From the NCBI GenBank assembly GCA_003211835.1, contig QCRN01000006.1, positions 2,545 through 66,544 of the forward strand: DNA of 64,000 bases, given 5' to 3'. The notes below the pieces were generated by a model. It did no database searches and had not been told where the DNA came from. It was given only the letters and a program-made list of their open reading frames with translations. Position 1 is the first letter of the stretch; each line of letters starts with the position of its first letter. The position numbers and the translations under genes are program-made. Below, piece after piece: positions 1-8,565 of this stretch. The DNA is from Pelagibacteraceae bacterium AG-461-B04 (lineage in GTDB: Bacteria > Pseudomonadota > Alphaproteobacteria > Pelagibacterales > AG-422-B15).

Positions 1-541
1 CAATTGGATGATGATTAGAATATTCTTCAGCATCATTACCATTACTTTCAAAATATTTATATTCATCAATAAAGAAACCCGCACCAAGAGAAAAGTGTTC
101 AGCTCTCTTACCTTCAACAATATCTTTTATTTCTTTATCCAGCGTCTCCCAAGCCAATTCCATATTTGCGAAAACTGTATCACCACCTACTGGTGGTATT
201 TTAACTGATTTTAGTATGACAGCTTTTGTAGGGTTTTCATTATAGCTGACGTCACTGTGCCACCCTTCACCCCATTGGTTTTTCTCTTCAGCACCTTTAA
301 TGAGTCTTGTTATCTCAGGATAGCCTTCTCTTCCTTTAACATAAGCGTGTTCTTCAATAGGGCCAAAAAATTTTGCAAATCTTATTTGTTCCTCAGGAGT
401 GATGTTTTGATCTCTAAAAAAAATAACTTTATGTTCAAGTAATAATTCATTTACAGTACAAAATATTTCTTTATTGATATTATTAAGAGATATGCCAGAA
501 ATTTCTGCTCCTAATGCACCTGAAAGAAGTTTTACGTCCAT
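1..541 (-). CDS. TauD/TfdA-family Fe(II)/2-oxoglutarate dioxygenase, N-terminal part (gene runs off the left edge)
   Basis: Absent from the ORF track because no stop lies in the window. My minus-strand translation from the ATG at 541 gives MDVKLLSGALGAEISGISL...RFAKFFGPIEEHAYV...GEGWHSDVSYNENPTKAVILKSVKIPPVGGDTVFANMELAWE. It carries the WHxD iron-ligand motif and the GGDT.FAN block of taurine-dioxygenase-like enzymes. The frame stays open to base 1. Confidence 0.8.
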   Translation of the reverse strand, partial: MDVKLLSGALGAEISGISLNNINKEIFCTVNELLLEHKVIFFRDQNITPEEQIRFAKFFGPIEEHAYVKGREGYPEITRLIKGAEEKNQWGEGWHSDVSYNENPTKAVILKSVKIPPVGGDTVFANMELAWETLDKEIKDIVEGKRAEHFSLGAGFFIDEYKYFESNGNDAEEYSNHHPI

Positions 542-571
542 ACTCAAATCTACTTTTTTTAGAAAAAATTG

Positions 572-1450
572 TCATTCTTTATGTTTCTCAGCTTCAAGAA
601 ACTGATCAATCAGTCTCCAAAGGACAAAAGAAAAGACAATTAATCCGCCAAGAAGTTCAATATAAGGAGGTGTTTCACCTACACCGATCCACGCCCAAAG
701 TGGAGCCAGCACTGGTTCAAGAAGCACATAAAGTGCCGCTCTATGTGGTGGTATATATCTTGATCCAATTGTGATTAATAAAAATCCTAACCCAACTTGA
801 AATGCACCCATAAAAAGAACGATAAACAAGTCTTCCATGCTAATTGAATAATCTGGGATGATGGCCAGACCGACAAATAATACAAAGAGGCCAGAGAGAA
901 AGACAGATGGAACATAATCGACGTCTGGCTTGCTATTCACCATTGTTAATTGAATAGCAAAACAAATTGGAACAAATAAAATAATTATATTTCCTAAATT
1001 ATTGGCAGACCCCAATCCTTGAGAAAACATTATAGCAATTCCAAACATCGATCCTGCTATTGCGATGATAGTTTTAGTGCCTATTATTTTTTTTAAAAAA
1101 AAATAACTTGCGAAGGCTGCAAATAAAGGGCCCGTGCTCATTATAAATACAGCGTTAGCAACGGTTGTATTACTCATCCCAAAAACAAAAAAAATATTAC
1201 TAAAACCTAGAACAAGCATTAGTATTATTCCTCTGCTTCCAATATTGATAAATGCCTTAGGGGTCTGAGATTTATACTTAAATAAAATATAAATAAGTGC
1301 CACAAGTGAGAACGTTATTGATCGGTAGGATGTTATCTGCATTGTTGATGCTTCATCAACAAGCCTAATCAGAAGCCCTCCAAAACTAAGAAAGAAACCT
1401 GCTGCCAATAAGCATAAAGTTCCAAAAATTTCATTGTTGTATTTGTTCAT
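572..1450 (-). CDS. EamA/DMT-family permease
   Basis: 292-aa polytopic hydrophobic ORF with the length and two-halves pattern typical of 10-TM drug/metabolite transporters. The + strand ORF 514..774 is its shadow. Confidence 0.8.
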   Translation of the reverse strand: MNKYNNEIFGTLCLLAAGFFLSFGGLLIRLVDEASTMQITSYRSITFSLVALIYILFKYKSQTPKAFINIGSRGIILMLVLGFSNIFFVFGMSNTTVANAVFIMSTGPLFAAFASYFFLKKIIGTKTIIAIAGSMFGIAIMFSQGLGSANNLGNIIILFVPICFAIQLTMVNSKPDVDYVPSVFLSGLFVLFVGLAIIPDYSISMEDLFIVLFMGAFQVGLGFLLITIGSRYIPPHRAALYVLLEPVLAPLWAWIGVGETPPYIELLGGLIVFSFVLWRLIDQFLEAEKHKE

Positions 1451-1489
1451 GTTTTAGTTCAAAATTAATTTACCAAACAAATTCATTAA

Positions 1490-3208
1490 ATGATCAGTAA
1501 TTTAAAAATAATTTTATTAAGCTTATTTTTTCTTATCTCATGTAGTGATCAAAATCAGTCTAATGAGACATTAGACTCTGATCAAGGCTTGTCTCAGAAA
1601 CATAAATATGAGTTTAGAAAAGAATTAATTGAGGTTACAGACGATATTTATGTTGGTGTAGGTTATGGGATTGCAAACTCTATTATGATTGAGACAGTAA
1701 ATAACCTAGTTATTGTAGATACTTTAGGTTCTACAGAAAGTGCCGAAGTACTCTTCAAAGATTTCAGAAAAATTTCAGAAAAACCCATTATTGCCATTGT
1801 TTATACCCATAACCATCTAGATCATTTAGGTGGCGCAACAGTATTCTTTGAAGACAGCAAAACAGAGATCTACGCTCAGGAGAATATCATTTATAATCTT
1901 GATAATATAGCAACCACTATAAGACCAATTATATTAGAGAGAACAAATAGACAATTTGGTATCCCCTTACCTGATGAAGAGATCGTACATCAGGGCATAG
2001 GAGGCTTCATGGAAATCAATAGTGAGTCAACATTTGGCTTGGTAAGGCCAACAAAACTCTTTAAGGATGAATTTACATTTGAAGTTGATGGCTTAACGTT
2101 TATTTTAGCTCATGTACCCGGCGAAACAGATGATCATCTTTATGTCTGGTTACCTGATAAAAAGACGGTAATGGTAGGAGACAATTTTTACAGATCGTTT
2201 GCAAACCTTTATGCAATAAGAGGAACAAAATTTAGAAACCCAATGGAATGGGTTCAAAGCCTCGACAAAATCAGGATGCTTAATGCTGAATATTTAATAC
2301 CGAGTCACTCTCGCCCAATTTCTGGAGCTGACAATGTTTCACAAGCTTTAACAGATTATAGAGATGGCATACAATTTGTGCATGACCAAACAATAAGATA
2401 CATTAATAAAGGCCTTACACCAGATGAGATAGTTGAAAAAGTAAGACTGCCTGAACATTTAGCTAATTCACCATATTTACAAGAATTCTATGGATCCATT
2501 TCATCATATATAAGATCTACCTTCAGCGGTTATATAGGATGGTTCAGTGGAAATATTAGTGATCTTCATCCCCTGACAAATGAACAAAGGGCAATTAAGC
2601 TATCTGAAATGGCACAAAAGCAAACTAAGATTCTCGATGAGGCATTAAATGCTTTTACTGCGGGAGAGTATCAATGGTCTATGGAACTTGCAGATATGTT
2701 ACTAGCAATAAACAAAAATGATGAAAAAGCGAAAGAAATAAAGTCAAGCGCTGCTGATAAACTATCTATTTATCAATCAGCTTCAAATGATTATTATTTT
2801 TATAAAACAGTTGCAGCTGAACTAAGAAATGAATTTTTAATTAGCGCAGAAAATAATAAAGTAACTCCAGACCAACTGAGAGCAACGCCAATGAAAGCAA
2901 TTATGAAGTCACTTCCTGTTAATTTAAATCCTGAAAAAGCTATTGATACAATTCAAACAGTCTCCTTTTCATTTTCTGACAGTAAAGAAATTTTTACCAT
3001 CAAGATTAGAAAAGGAGTAGCTGAATTAAGTTTTTTACCCACCGAGAAGAATGATTTAAAAATAAAAAGTGATCAACAAACCCTTAAGGAGACACTAGCA
3101 GGGTTAAGAAATATTGCTTCAATTTCCCTATCCCTTGCAAATGACACCATACAAGTTGAGGGCGGTAATATTGAATTCTTGAAGTTTCTTGGATTATTTA
3201 CAGATTAG
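1490..3208 (+). CDS. alkyl/aryl-sulfatase (metallo-beta-lactamase fold, SdsA1/YjcS type), lipoprotein
   Basis: 572 aa. Lipobox L-I-S-C at residues 15-18. MBL metal motif THNHLDHLGG. Long helical middle region and an SCP2-like C-terminal part, as in SdsA1-type alkylsulfatases. Confidence 0.8.
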   Translation: MISNLKIILLSLFFLISCSDQNQSNETLDSDQGLSQKHKYEFRKELIEVTDDIYVGVGYGIANSIMIETVNNLVIVDTLGSTESAEVLFKDFRKISEKPIIAIVYTHNHLDHLGGATVFFEDSKTEIYAQENIIYNLDNIATTIRPIILERTNRQFGIPLPDEEIVHQGIGGFMEINSESTFGLVRPTKLFKDEFTFEVDGLTFILAHVPGETDDHLYVWLPDKKTVMVGDNFYRSFANLYAIRGTKFRNPMEWVQSLDKIRMLNAEYLIPSHSRPISGADNVSQALTDYRDGIQFVHDQTIRYINKGLTPDEIVEKVRLPEHLANSPYLQEFYGSISSYIRSTFSGYIGWFSGNISDLHPLTNEQRAIKLSEMAQKQTKILDEALNAFTAGEYQWSMELADMLLAINKNDEKAKEIKSSAADKLSIYQSASNDYYFYKTVAAELRNEFLISAENNKVTPDQLRATPMKAIMKSLPVNLNPEKAIDTIQTVSFSFSDSKEIFTIKIRKGVAELSFLPTEKNDLKIKSDQQTLKETLAGLRNIASISLSLANDTIQVEGGNIEFLKFLGLFTD

Positions 3209-3217
3209 TATTTCATA

Positions 3218-3664
3218 ATGGGTCAAAAGCAATCATATATACTTGGCTTACTTGGTCTTACACCATTTATTATAATTTTTTTGATGTATTTTATCTCTCC
3301 TCCAAATGATGAAATATATGATTTAATGATATTTATTTATATTGCTTATGCTGCAATCATTTCGTCTTTTTTGGGAGGTATACAGTGGGGACTAATAACA
3401 GCCTTTGCTGACAAAATATATTATGTTTTCACTCCACTTTTTATATCAGTAATTCCAGCTCTAATCTCTTGGGTTGCATTATTGTCTTTAGAAAATTTAA
3501 AACTTTCTTTGGTACTATTGCTTATTGGCTATGTTATTTCTCTTTTACATGATTACTATCTTTATCAACAGCTAAAGATTACTCCACTCTGGTTCATTAC
3601 AATGAAAGTTATACTTTCATTAACTGTATCAATGCTGACAATTATACTAATAATTTTTGTTTAA
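3218..3664 (+). CDS. DUF3429-like small integral membrane protein
   Basis: 148 aa with about 4-5 hydrophobic helices and an FLGGIQWG motif resembling the conserved GG..WG of DUF3429. Assignment is from memory of the family. Confidence 0.55.
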   Translation: MGQKQSYILGLLGLTPFIIIFLMYFISPPNDEIYDLMIFIYIAYAAIISSFLGGIQWGLITAFADKIYYVFTPLFISVIPALISWVALLSLENLKLSLVLLLIGYVISLLHDYYLYQQLKITPLWFITMKVILSLTVSMLTIILIIFV

Positions 3665-3665
3665 T

Positions 3666-4889
3666 TTAAACTATTAGTCTTTGAATAAAAAAGTATAGGC
3701 CAAAACAAATCAGCAAGGCAAAAGAAGTATCTTTAAATAAATTAATAATGTAATTTAGGCGAATAAAATTAATTAATTTAAATAATAATAATACTGCTAA
3801 TACGAACAATATTTGACCAAATTCAACTCCAAGATTAAATCCTAATAAACCTGATAAAATATTGCTTGAGTTTATTTCTGTATTTAATAAAAATCCTCCA
3901 AAGCCAAAGCCATGAATGAGCCCAAATACTATAGTTATTAATATTAATAAATTATCACTATTCTTTAAATTTTCTTTTAGAAAAAAATATCCTAAAGAAA
4001 ATAATAATAAGCCCATCATTAGGAACCCAGAAAACTGGATATTAGTAATAAAGCTTAAAATAAATAATAGTGGTAAAATTAAAATTAGATATCCAATACT
4101 TAATAATTTACCATTATTGTGTTTGTAGAAATATTCTAAACCTACAAACATAATGGTAAATCCAATAAGCGATTCTACTATACTTGCATTTACTTGAACA
4201 ATCTCAACTAAAGATAAGAATAAGGTAAGACTATGTCCAATGGTAAAGCCCGTAATGACTAAGATAAGTTTATTAAGATTTGTAACTATAATGAGCAGTC
4301 CGAGGATAAAGAGAAGATGATCATACCCTCCTAAAATATGACTTAGTCCAGAATAAAAAAAATTTTTAAAACTGCTAAAAAAACTTAATTGAGTTTCCTT
4401 TTCTGATATATCAACTGATTGATCGTTAAAAAAAAGTGCTTTCTCTGTGAGTAAATCATTTTCTAAATATATTCGCGCTATATGAATATGACTTTGAATA
4501 ACATTAAATAAAGCATTATTAATAATCTTTATGTTTTCTTCTGAAGGACATTGGAATTCTAGTTCATATCTTAAATAGCCTTCATCTGAACTTAACTCTC
4601 TAATATCATTGCTAGACTGACATTTTACATCAGCTGAATAAACATGAATGTGATCATTTAAATAAATTTTAAATATATCTTTTTCATTAAGCTCATTGCT
4701 TATTAGCATTTTTTCATATTGTTTAACCTGAAGTATTCTTGTTGCTTCTAATTCTAGTATAGAGAAATCAGCAATAATATCTGATCCTATAATATTCCAC
4801 TTAGAAAAGGACTCACTAAAATAATGGGCATATGATTGCGAGTTAAATAAAAGAGATATTAAAACTATAAGTAATTTACAAATGCGCAT
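3666..4889 (-). CDS. HupE/UreJ-family metal permease with an N-terminal extra-cytoplasmic extension
   Basis: 407 aa. Signal peptide, then about 190 soluble residues, then a polytopic C-terminal half opening with the HupE-type signature SHILGGYDHLLFILGLL. Confidence 0.7.
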   Translation of the reverse strand: MRICKLLIVLISLLFNSQSYAHYFSESFSKWNIIGSDIIADFSILELEATRILQVKQYEKMLISNELNEKDIFKIYLNDHIHVYSADVKCQSSNDIRELSSDEGYLRYELEFQCPSEENIKIINNALFNVIQSHIHIARIYLENDLLTEKALFFNDQSVDISEKETQLSFFSSFKNFFYSGLSHILGGYDHLLFILGLLIIVTNLNKLILVITGFTIGHSLTLFLSLVEIVQVNASIVESLIGFTIMFVGLEYFYKHNNGKLLSIGYLILILPLLFILSFITNIQFSGFLMMGLLLFSLGYFFLKENLKNSDNLLILITIVFGLIHGFGFGGFLLNTEINSSNILSGLLGFNLGVEFGQILFVLAVLLLFKLINFIRLNYIINLFKDTSFALLICFGLYFFIQRLIV

Positions 4890-4894
4890 ACAAT

Positions 4895-5797
4895 TTAGAA
4901 AGAATATCGAATAATTTCAGAATTATCTTTTAAATATTTTAGATAGTTTTTTAATTTTTCATCATCTAAACCATTATTATAATCGAAAATAATCTTCTCT
5001 CTAATTTCATTATAATAGTTTTCATCAATTTCTTGTTTAATCCGATCTACGAGCTTGAAGATGAAATATCCATTATCAAAAAATATTGGTTGAGATACTT
5101 CATTAAGATTTAGTGAAGCAATTTGATTGCATATAAACTTACCAAAAAGAAGATTACAATCTTTAATATTAATTAACTTATCGGGAATCTCAAAAAAATT
5201 ATTTTCATCATAACTAGATTTAATATCTAAAAAATCTTTTGTATTAAGCTCATCATACAATTTTGATAATTTTGGCTGAAGTGTCTTTAAGTCCGGCTCT
5301 GTGCCGAGTAGAACAGACTCTTGATTTCGAGAGTTTATATATATTGATTGAAATTGAATTTTTTGTGTAGGGGTATATTTTCCAATATTTTTATTATAAA
5401 AATCTCTAAGATCTTCTTCACTAATCTGATTTTTTTCAACTTGAATGATGAAGTCAATTACTTGTTTTATCATTTCTTTTCTGACACCAATGTCCTTCTT
5501 ATGCAGATCAAGCTCTATTCCTCTTTGCACAAGAAGTTCTTCTTCTATCATTCTTTCTAATAGTAACTCTAAGATTTCGATATCATTTTCTGGTTGAATA
5601 TCTGCTCCGAGGTTTGAGGCGTATTTTAGAAATTGATCTTCAGAAATAACAACGTCATTTACTAAAGCGACAGCCTTTCTATTTTTGAGTTGAAGAAATT
5701 CATCATTGAATGAAATAGTTTCATAAAAAATAAGAGTTAAGCCAATTATTATGGCAATAATAAATATGAGAATATTTTTATTCAAGATCTTGGTCAT
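4895..5797 (-). CDS. membrane-anchored parvulin/SurA-like peptidyl-prolyl isomerase family protein
   Basis: 300 aa. N-terminal TM anchor, VALVNDVVISEDQF (SurA/PpiD N-domain style start) and a C-terminal VSQPIFFDNGYFIFKLVDR block resembling the end of parvulin domains. Sits 5 nt upstream of the HupE gene on the same strand. Confidence 0.55.
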   Translation of the reverse strand: MTKILNKNILIFIIAIIIGLTLIFYETISFNDEFLQLKNRKAVALVNDVVISEDQFLKYASNLGADIQPENDIEILELLLERMIEEELLVQRGIELDLHKKDIGVRKEMIKQVIDFIIQVEKNQISEEDLRDFYNKNIGKYTPTQKIQFQSIYINSRNQESVLLGTEPDLKTLQPKLSKLYDELNTKDFLDIKSSYDENNFFEIPDKLINIKDCNLLFGKFICNQIASLNLNEVSQPIFFDNGYFIFKLVDRIKQEIDENYYNEIREKIIFDYNNGLDDEKLKNYLKYLKDNSEIIRYSF

Positions 5798-5849
5798 TGC
5801 ATGTAATATTATACTTTATTATAATTAATTATTATCAAATAATTTTCTT

Positions 5850-8255
5850 ATGAGTATTGTAAAAGTTATAAAATATTTTTTCATTCTTTCAATTCTCTTT
5901 ATAGTTAGTTTACTCGTAGTTTTAGAATTCCATTTATTTAGTGAAGACTTAGATGGAGGTAAAATCACTGGCACAATTAATACCGTCGAGTTTGTAAAAG
6001 ATAAAGACTCAAGGCAATTAAATGCAATGAAAACTCTTGACGAGTCACCAGCTAAACAAATTTTGTTTGGCGATCTACATGTTCATTCAACATTTTCAGC
6101 CGATGCACATATGATGAGTTTGCCAATCACTGGTGGGCACGGTGTACATCCTGTTGCGGATGCTTGTGACTTTGCAAGACATTGTTCAGCATTAGATTTT
6201 TGGTCAATCAACGATCATGCTGAAGCAACTACCCCAAAAAGATGGATGGAAACGAAAGAAACGATCAGGAAGTGTAACGCATTAAATGTTGATCCAGCTA
6301 ATCCAGATTGTGTTGCTTTTTTGGGATGGGAGTGGACACAAGTAGGGGTTATACGAGGAAATCATTGGGGTCATCATAATGTCATTTTGAAAGAAGAGTC
6401 TGATGAAGCGCTTCCAACCAGAGCTATTGCATCATTATCTGTAACTCGACAAGCAATGACTTCTAGACCTTTAGTACCAAATGTATTTTTCCCATTTGTA
6501 GATTTTGAAAACTTCAAAAGATATAATGATATAAATCGATACTTCACAGAAACTGGAAAAATAAAAAATTGTGAGCGGGGAGTACTTTCTAAAGATCTTC
6601 CAATAAACTGTCATGAAGAAGCAGTAACCCCATTGGATTTAGTTAATAGGCTCGAGGAATATGATAGTGACTACATGGTTATTCCGCACGGGCAGTCTTG
6701 GGGACTTTACACTCCTGCTGGATATACTTTAGATAAGGGCTTAGAGATTTCAAAAAAATACCCAAAAATGTTTGAATTATTAGAAACTTATTCTGGGCAT
6801 GGTAACGCTGAGGAGTACCGCTCATGGAGAGGAGTCGATGTTGTAAGAGACGGTCAGGAAATAATCAGACCATTTACGTTCACGATGGGAGAAATTGACT
6901 TGGATCAAGGAACTTTTACACTCAAAAATCAAAATGGACAGGATGAGGTCATTGATATCGGGACTCAAACTTGCCCAGAACCATCCAATAATTATATCCC
7001 GCAATGTTGGCAAGCGGGTAAAGTAATCTATGAGAGATGCATAGCTGACGGGGAGTCAGATTTAGAGTGCAGCGAAAGACGAGAAGCGACAGAACAAGCA
7101 TCAGTAGATAGAGGCAGATCAGGATACAACGTTGTTCCAAAGTTTACAGAATTTGAACGGAATATATCTGGTCAGTGCTTAGATTGCTTTAGTCCTCCGA
7201 TGAACCATGTTCCTGGGGGAAGCGCTCAGTACGGATTAGCGTTAACAAAATTTAAAGAAGATGGAGTAAAACATAGATTTAGATATGGGTTCATAGGTTC
7301 CAGTGATAACCATTCTGCTGCACCTGGCAGTGGGTATAAAGAACTATTCGGTAACAATATAGATGGAAGCGGACCTCCAAGCGAATTCTTAGATAAGATT
7401 TTACATATGAACCCATATTATTTTCCTAAGAGTACAAGTCCGATTGGTCGAAATTCTGATCCAATTGGTGACTCCTTTGTCTCGCCTTCACAGCCGCAAG
7501 TTTATGATATTCCTGATTTAATCGTTGGCTTTAATACTATTGAGTGGGAAAGGCAAAGAGGTTTCTTTACAACAGGTGGACTAGCAGCAGTTCACTCAGA
7601 GGGACGATCTAAAGAGGAAATTTGGAATGCTCTAAAAAGTAAAGAAACTTATGCAACAAGTGGTACGCGTATGTTGCTGTGGTTTAATTTAACTAGTGAA
7701 AATAAAAAAATCTCTATGGGCTCCTCAATTGAAACAGATACTAAACCTGAATTTGAAGTTAAAGCTATGGGTTCATTTGTTCAGAAACCAGGGTGCCCAG
7801 AAGATGCATACATTGCGTTGGGAGAAGAAAGAGTAGATGAGCTGTGTTTTAATGAATGTTATAATCCTTCGGATGACAGAAAATTTATTCATAGAATTGA
7901 AGTAATTAAAGTGTTACCGCAAGAGTATGTAGATCAACCTATTGAAGGAAGAATTCTAGATCCCTGGTACACCCATTATTGTGATCCAAATGAATTAGGC
8001 TGTTCTTTTAAATTCTCAGATGATGATTTTTCGATAGATCAAAAAGATGTGAGTTATTATGTAAGAGCTATTGAAGTGCCCACTCCACAAATTAATGTTA
8101 AAGGTGGTGTATGTGAATTTGATGCAGATGGGAATTGTGTAAAGTTTAAGCTTTGCACTCAAGACTGGAGGCATCCAAGAGACATCGAGACTTGTTCTGA
8201 AATAGATGAACACCGTGCTTGGTCATCGCCGATTTATTTGGACTATTTATCCTAA
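5850..8255 (+). CDS. DUF3604-family protein (PHP-like metal-dependent hydrolase fold), N-terminally anchored or secreted
   Basis: 801 aa. N-terminal hydrophobic segment. LFGDLHVHSTFSADA motif (the HxH start of PHP-type metal sites) typical of DUF3604. Many Cys residues in the C-terminal half. Confidence 0.65.
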   Translation: MSIVKVIKYFFILSILFIVSLLVVLEFHLFSEDLDGGKITGTINTVEFVKDKDSRQLNAMKTLDESPAKQILFGDLHVHSTFSADAHMMSLPITGGHGVHPVADACDFARHCSALDFWSINDHAEATTPKRWMETKETIRKCNALNVDPANPDCVAFLGWEWTQVGVIRGNHWGHHNVILKEESDEALPTRAIASLSVTRQAMTSRPLVPNVFFPFVDFENFKRYNDINRYFTETGKIKNCERGVLSKDLPINCHEEAVTPLDLVNRLEEYDSDYMVIPHGQSWGLYTPAGYTLDKGLEISKKYPKMFELLETYSGHGNAEEYRSWRGVDVVRDGQEIIRPFTFTMGEIDLDQGTFTLKNQNGQDEVIDIGTQTCPEPSNNYIPQCWQAGKVIYERCIADGESDLECSERREATEQASVDRGRSGYNVVPKFTEFERNISGQCLDCFSPPMNHVPGGSAQYGLALTKFKEDGVKHRFRYGFIGSSDNHSAAPGSGYKELFGNNIDGSGPPSEFLDKILHMNPYYFPKSTSPIGRNSDPIGDSFVSPSQPQVYDIPDLIVGFNTIEWERQRGFFTTGGLAAVHSEGRSKEEIWNALKSKETYATSGTRMLLWFNLTSENKKISMGSSIETDTKPEFEVKAMGSFVQKPGCPEDAYIALGEERVDELCFNECYNPSDDRKFIHRIEVIKVLPQEYVDQPIEGRILDPWYTHYCDPNELGCSFKFSDDDFSIDQKDVSYYVRAIEVPTPQINVKGGVCEFDADGNCVKFKLCTQDWRHPRDIETCSEIDEHRAWSSPIYLDYLS

Positions 8256-8266
8256 AATTTTTATAA

Positions 8267-8431
8267 ATGAAATATCTGCTCCCATCCATTGTATCGTTAG
8301 TAGTAGGCAGTCTCTTTAGTTGGGCTTATTTAACGGCATATGGATTCGGTTTCTCTTATATTATTTACCTTAGCATGATGATTGCCATGGTCTTTCTGGC
8401 CATAGATGCCTGGAGAAATATTAATAAATAA
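8267..8431 (+). CDS. hypothetical 54-aa two-helix membrane protein (below the ORF-track cutoff)
   Basis: Hand translation: MKYLLPSIVSLVVGSLFSWAYLTAYGFGFSYIIYLSMMIAMVFLAIDAWRNINK. Two clean hydrophobic helices and a basic C-terminus. Starts 11 nt after the DUF3604 stop. Confidence 0.4.
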   Translation: MKYLLPSIVSLVVGSLFSWAYLTAYGFGFSYIIYLSMMIAMVFLAIDAWRNINK

Positions 8432-8565
8432 ATCAATTAAAACAATTACTTAGATATTTTAGCAAAAGATATTCACACTTTGTCAATTTGGCAAGCATCA
8501 GTAATTGTGAAAGCCCTTATTTGATAAAAGATGCCCTTATAAAATTAAATATAGGGAGAAAATAC

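Noticed and set aside
8-774. Plus-strand ORFs 8..208, 257..442 and 514..774 from the ORF track
   Set aside because: Their products are low-complexity and Phe/Ile/Asn-rich with no motifs. They lie antisense to the well-supported TauD-like gene (1..541) and DMT permease (572..1450), so they are shadow ORFs.
8488-8510. Possible sigma-54 promoter (TTGGCA...) upstream of amt
   Set aside because: The GG and GC dinucleotides are not 12 nt apart (TTGGCAAGCATCAGTAATTG). It does not fit TGGCAC-N5-TTGC.
8488-8565. N-terminal 26-codon extension of amt from a TTG start (track ORF 8488..9834)
   Set aside because: The ATG at 8566 has an AGGGAGAA ribosome-binding site and begins a canonical signal peptide. 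The extension has no Amt counterpart and would bury the GCCCTTAT repeats in coding sequence.
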